In this document: piece after piece, positions 58,286-64,000 of the stretch
Layout of the letters: each line of letters begins with the position of its first letter
Numbering within the stretch: position 1 is the stretch's first letter
Assembly: GCA_040954595.2 (NCBI GenBank)
Contig: CM082580.2
Location: 12,476,909 to 12,540,908, forward strand
Direction of reading: 5' to 3'
Origin: Balanoglossus misakiensis
Lineage: Eukaryota; Animalia; Hemichordata
DNA length: 64,000 bases
Position numbers and translations under genes: made by a program
Notes under the pieces: model-generated
Told to the model about the DNA's origin: nothing
The model's database searches: none
What the model saw: only the letters and a program-made list of their open reading frames with translations

Positions 58286-61200
58286 TTAGATAGGTAGCCG
58301 CCAATACATAGTCTGTGTTCATCGCAATGACGCGGCCTATCACTTTCACTGCAGCCGCCCAACCAGACGTGTTAGGCAACACCTATTGTTCAGGGGTGTG
58401 AAGTACCCGGGCTCGGAAGAGTTGAGGTCACGAAAAGCCTTTCTACACCAGCTCTATCCTTTCTCCTGGATTTCTAACATACATATGTCTGTGACCGAAA
58501 AGCGAAGGAAGTTCGATTGAGGGCGAGGAGCAAGGCAGTGGTCATATCCCTTGAGTAGCAAAACCCAAGTACTTCAGGACAATAGATGGTGCTTGACACA
58601 ACGAAAGGTTGGCTGGAAAGGACAGGAGCGAGAAAGTCGCCCAAAACTGATCTACCAAAAATAACAAATTAAACCAGATTTTTAAGAGAACCCGTTGTAC
58701 TTCTATTCACCGAATCAAAGTAAATCATCATTAAGAACAGCAAACAAGTCATCGTTCTCAGACATCGACGGAATCCCATTGACAGAAATAGTGTTTGCAT
58801 CCCCGCCGCTTGTTGACAACATTCAAAGCGTGTTGACGGATATGCTCTCAATTCATGCGAACAGTTATATAGAGCAGGCATCTCTTCACCACGACTGTCA
58901 GCTTTCCACCCATGGACTGAGGTGGGCTAGCGTTGTATCGAATTGTGTGTGTTTAATCATTAACTTGGTGCAGTCGCACGCTTGTACACCATGTGGTTAC
59001 ACATTACCTGGGCCTTATACCTGATTGGCTGGGCTGCCGTGTAGAGATAGAGCTTGATAGCTGCTATCGCAGAGCTGGTTGACTTACACAGGATATTTGT
59101 TTTTCTCGGCGATACTAGTCGAGTTGCATTCCGTCTTTTAATATTCAGAAGTGTGTACATTTGTCCGTGTGACAGAAACTGTCTCCCGAGCGAGGCCTTT
59201 GTTCGGAACACATCGCTGGCGGTACAAGAGCTACCGTCCCTTGCCTGGTTTCTCACCAACCTGTGAAGTCTGTTACCAGACGGCAAAGGAGACCCAGTTC
59301 GCCTCCCGCTTTCTGAGTCGACATCGTTTGCTGTTCCGTTTGTGTGTGTCTGTGTCCTTTTGTCGTCGACACTGCCGTGTACACGTACATGGTTTAGGCG
59401 CCGATATTGTGGCGGATTGCTTCCTCCCGTTGACACCGTACAACGTTTGCAGTCTCGTCGGAGGATGAAACTGGGGAAGAATTTTTAACGACGTTTCACG
59501 AACAGCGTGCGTAATATACCCCTTCTACTACTCATAACAGACGGCGACGTCAACAGTTTCATATCCTACCATCAAGGTGTTGAACCGAAGGACGGATTCC
59601 CTCCGGCGAAACTCAGACAAGCCCCGATATATATACATCGCAGTTTTTGACGAGCTGCTTCATCGCCCTGTGCGAAATGCCAAACACCAGGTCCGGTTCT
59701 CGCAGCGTATCCAACGTTGGCGTGGTGGGTGATTTCGTTGAGAGTAGCCTCAGCACACCGGGGACCATGAAACGAACTGTGAGTGTGATAAGCAAACGCG
59801 GACCAAAGCCAAAATACGGCAGGAGAGACCCGCCTGTAGACGACCATGCAAGATCAGGTAAGAATTCGTTCTATAAACCCAACTCTGCGATGTGTGCCAA
59901 AATGACCACCTCACGGTATAAGCGGAATAATTAATGAAATAAATTATATACGTATGTGAAAATAATGGTTGAGATCATGATTTCCACGTTGTCCCTGGCC
60001 CAAAGAGGAGGTCAAATGTTCAGGGCAATAGACGCATAATTTGGTAGGTTCAACCTACTACGCTTTACATATAGTCGTCATTTCTGGCCGGCGCCATTTT
60101 GTTATTAAATTTCTGCAATGTGTTCTGTAGTTCTATGCCGTGCCTTATAGTTTAAAATCGATCGATATAGCACCATGACAATAAAAAGGTAAAATAACCT
60201 AGTTCACATCACCTTGAAACATATCAGCAAGATCAGAATATGGTATTTGTGATCTGTAAGTCGTTTTTGTTTCTTGTTTCCATTTTCTGTGATGTGTACA
60301 CGTAGCCGAAATCAGCTTTTGAGACTGCAACACAGTGTGGGTGAAACGATAAATATAAAATTGATCTGCTGTGAAAAGAAATGTTGGCGTGTTACTACCG
60401 ATTACATAAATCTGTGTCGTAAAGTAACTTCACGTGTTTCTGTCAACGTGGTAAATGCCAGTATGATGGCTGGGTAGTGTCCTCAGTTTGCGGTTTCTAG
60501 GCGACTGACTTGGCCCGTAACAGGCGATGAACTTGACGTTGCCGTCTGGGCCGGTAGTTGAAAGGGGATACCCGCAGATTACCGCGGAAAAGAATAGCCG
60601 CGGTGTGGCTATCGTACACACGTTATGTTGGCTGTGTTGATATGAAGGGTTTCAGAATAACCGGATTACAAGCATACTACGCTGATAATATGATAAGTAT
60701 GAAAACCCGGACGACGGTCAAGTGAGATCATGGTAACCGACTGGCGAGGAACAAAACGTTTCCACCCAACCACACTATGGGGGAACCCTCTCGCATCAAA
60801 GATTGCAATTCGCAGAATTTTCCTCCTTTACAACAGTACTATGGGGATACCCCTCTCCTGGTGATATTATTGCCATGGTTACGGTTTGCGCAAATTTGGT
60901 CTGTCACAAAAACTGACCCAAATGGACACCTGTTTACAGCCCCTGGTCGCTATGAAGGCGCCATGGGGGGAAACATTACTACCAATCCTAAAGATTTTAC
61001 GATTGTGTAAAATTCCAACTTATAAAAAATTCAAGGGAAAGTATGTAGAATTTTTGGAGTTGTAAAATATATATATTGTAGTTTGAATTGTGATGATTTT
61101 TTTAGTTTAGCACAGTCACAAATAATTATATTAAACACCGTTGGCCTTAGTCTATAACTAGTGCGAATGTTTATGTGACTACAGTGGCAGTGTCACCAAG

Positions 61201-63411
61201 CCTGTAAGTAATATCAGCAATTGTGGTCTTTCAAGTACAACACCCTCGCATTGTTGTATTTAACTTCATCAAAGGGTTGAAATTTTTATCTAAAAATAAA
61301 TCAGACACCTGAGCAGAAGTCACTGACGATTTTCACAACTTAAAAGGTGGCGATGGTCAGTATTTATGGATCATATGTAACAAAAAGACTTGCCGATCGA
61401 AAAAAGCGTAAACAAATCGTCGTTGCAAATGTTTTACGCTTTGATATGATTAAGCTCGGAAATGAAATATACGGAACGACCAGTGCGAATTTAATAAGGT
61501 GCAATAAAAAAGTTAGTGTTTTGACAATATTTTATCGGGGACCTTGTATTCGGTTAGTACGGCGAATACATGTTCAAGAGCAGATTCTTAACATGAAAGA
61601 TAACCACGGGTGGGTCAGCTGTGGGCGATGAACTGCGTTGACTGCGACGCAAAGGGCAAAACAACTTCAGATTAAAGTTGGCACTCCTATAGCTCTACCG
61701 CTCTCCATCCGCAGTCAAGACATAATTTTCTTGTGGTGGCATCTTCGGGCAGATCATTTCGTCGACAACGGAAACCATAGCGGTGGCAGCGCACAAGTTA
61801 CTTTTCTGCAGTAACGAACAAATACATGTCCCGTCAACTCTACTCCTGCGAGCACACCGCTGGTGGAGTGATTTTGCTGGAAGTTCCCTATGCCTCGGTT
61901 CTTTGGTGAAATTGTATGATTGCAATTTTTTGCTTCATTAATTATTGGCTCTGGGGTGGCTTCTGAGTGAACGAACATCGGCAAGACTTCTGAAGAAGGA
62001 GCTGTTCCTTTCAAAGTTTACAGGATTAAATCGGTATTAGCGCCTTGTTTGAATCCGTTGTTATTTTTGCAAACACTTTCCGTAGAATCCGCGGTCTTTT
62101 TCGCTCACCGCCTCCATTGTCCGGCCGCATGTACACAGCCAGAAACCAAACAAAGATTTTAGAAGGTATACAAGCTGGTCATTCTACCCAAAACACAGGG
62201 GCGTGGGGGAAGAGAAGTGTAACAGTTTTTTGTTACCGAATTAGGCTGGATACGTTGACAGGTGTCCACGAGAAGGAGATGGGGGAGGGGTTCAGAGAGC
62301 TCTCCAAAATTACAAAAAGCACGAGAGTGACATTTCAATGTAAAATCGCGCCAAAAAACCCGAGTCGTAGCTTTTCATATCGCGGGCCCACGGCCATCCA
62401 AATTTCTACTCCAATTTCCAGTTCTAATAATTCAGATACCGACGTAACCGGGCTATGATCGCTATCCTCACTCCATAAAACCGGCGCGCTATAAATCCAT
62501 TCGATGTTTAGTGTTACCAGGCCTGCGCAAGATGGCTAGCCCAATTAAAGGATTGTAAAAGCAAATTATTCGATAAACCCCCAAGACGTAAAAGATGGTC
62601 GCGTATTTTGGAAGAAGAGAACAATGGAAGGCACAGTTGCAAGCAGAGACCGGGGTTGGAAGCTTTATCTTCCAGATCCTGCGAGCTTAAGCCATTGTAA
62701 TTGGTCAGGGCAAACAATCGTGGTTATCAGACGCGATTTGAGCATGCCAAAAGTTACATTCTACTGATCTTGTTTCCTCAGCAGACACGAACGAGGCAAA
62801 TAAATTTGTTTTTGCCTTTCCACCTTTTTTTACAATCCTTTATTTGGCGGTGTTTGGCTTGTCAACATGTCTGATGTGTGGATTGACGGAATCAACGAGC
62901 TTGGATCAATGAATGTCGCCTTTATTTAGAAGTTGTAGTGGCAGATGAAAGAGACACAGTGGTGTGATTGTTGTAGGGGTTTGCCCGCGATAAGGCTGAA
63001 TACCTTGTGATTAGAACATGTCGGTCTTCTCTCGAGTTGTTCAGAGAGAGGGGGAGAGACAGAGAGTGAAGGGGGTGGGGATCTATAGAGGGAGCGAGAG
63101 AGAGGGATGTAGCAAGAGCAAAAGAGAGTGGGAGAGAAGGGGGGGCATGAGAGAGCTATGATTGGTAGTTTTGTCAGGTGGGTGGGGTGGGGCTCTGAAC
63201 ATACCGGATGACGGTCACCGGTTTCTGCTGTGATGGTGACCAGCGGCTTTCTGACCTTGCAGTTTGTACAAGACCGGTACTGTCAAAACAGGTGTGCAGC
63301 CATTCCGCGTGACAAATGAGACTAATTAGAATGCAAACTAAACACGTGCATTTTAGCCTATGGGGTGATTTATTGTTCGGTTATTATTTTCCTTCCTTCC
63401 CGGTCTCCCAG

Positions 63412-63604
63412 AGCCAGACAGCGAAGAGTCCGTGGACGAGGAGGAGGAATTCTCCGAAGAAGAAGACGAGTTCATCAAAACCGAGAAGGCGGATCTTGAT
63501 GAGAAGGAAAGGTCGAAGGAGGACTCAGGCGGGCCCACCACTAAGAAGACAGTGGCGCAAATCATGAAAGACAAAAAGCGACAGACAGCCTTAACTTTGA
63601 ATTG
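63412..63604 (+). CDS. RFX6: RFX6 exon immediately before the RFX DNA-binding domain (gene runs off the window)
   Basis: AG/GT-bounded exon EPDSEESVDEEEEF..KKTVAQIMKDKKRQTALTLNW, resembling vertebrate RFX6 [21 protein letters not shown]. A phase-compatible candidate first exon is 62129-62165 (MYTARNQTKILE), unconfirmed. Confidence 0.85.
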
Positions 63605-64000
63605 GTGAGTTTCCCCACAGGGTTCCGACCCAATCGTGATCGAGTATGCGCATTAAATTCAATGATGAAAACTGTTCATGATTACCTGTGTCCATGGCGC
63701 CCTCGGTATCGACATCTACTTAATCATATTAACGAATGAAAGTCTTTGATTTTTTAGAATCGATTTAGAGTTGGCGGATCACCCTAACCTGAAAATGCGT
63801 GCATGTGTTTCTTATGTTATTCCAGTTTGTTTTATATTCTTATCTACGTGTGATATGTAGGCTAACGCGATTAAACCCATCGCCTACTGGTCTGGAGAAT
63901 CAGACAAATGTAGATAAAACACCATTAAATTTTTTGACAGGAATAAGAGTTTTTTACGCCATTCTTTCGCGTACATTCGTTTGATTTACAAGATAGTGGT

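Noticed and set aside
60200-62100. Short ORFs of 60-95 aa
   Set aside because: No recognisable motifs or consistent splice structure; expected by chance.
63208-63291. Candidate RFX6 first coding exon ending at CAG|GTGTGC
   Set aside because: Its ATG-initiated frames end in phase 0 or 2, but the 63412 exon needs phase 1.

Overview
Intron-rich animal genomic DNA; the compact housekeeping genes and short GT-AG introns suggest a marine invertebrate deuterostome (inference only). In order: last exon of a DHRS4-like SDR (+); an ~18.1-kb, ~208-copy 87-bp satellite with higher-order repeats, nested in inverted orientation inside a diverged sister satellite; a strictly alternating gene block ACTL6(-), TSSC4(+), DNAJC25(-), an ankyrin/coiled-coil gene(+), ISOC2(-), H6PD(+), SF3A1(-); a complete 7.6-kb TIR transposon with a perfect 9-bp TSD ~200 bp upstream of the SF3A1 start codon; two beta-microseminoprotein-like genes; and an RFX6 exon. 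Top candidate for a new system: the transposon (45608-53214) carries a 7-exon, stop-free ~1280-aa ORF joining an Academ/DUF6589-like DDE transposase, a RING-H2-like finger and a herpesvirus-tegument-type (C76-like) cysteine protease, with no helicase or XPG. Also seen: two U12-type introns, two tiny (35 and 68 bp) palindromic elements with 7-bp TSDs, and a Swi6/Cdc10-like ankyrin layout in an animal gene. All family assignments come from manual motif recognition, not database searches.
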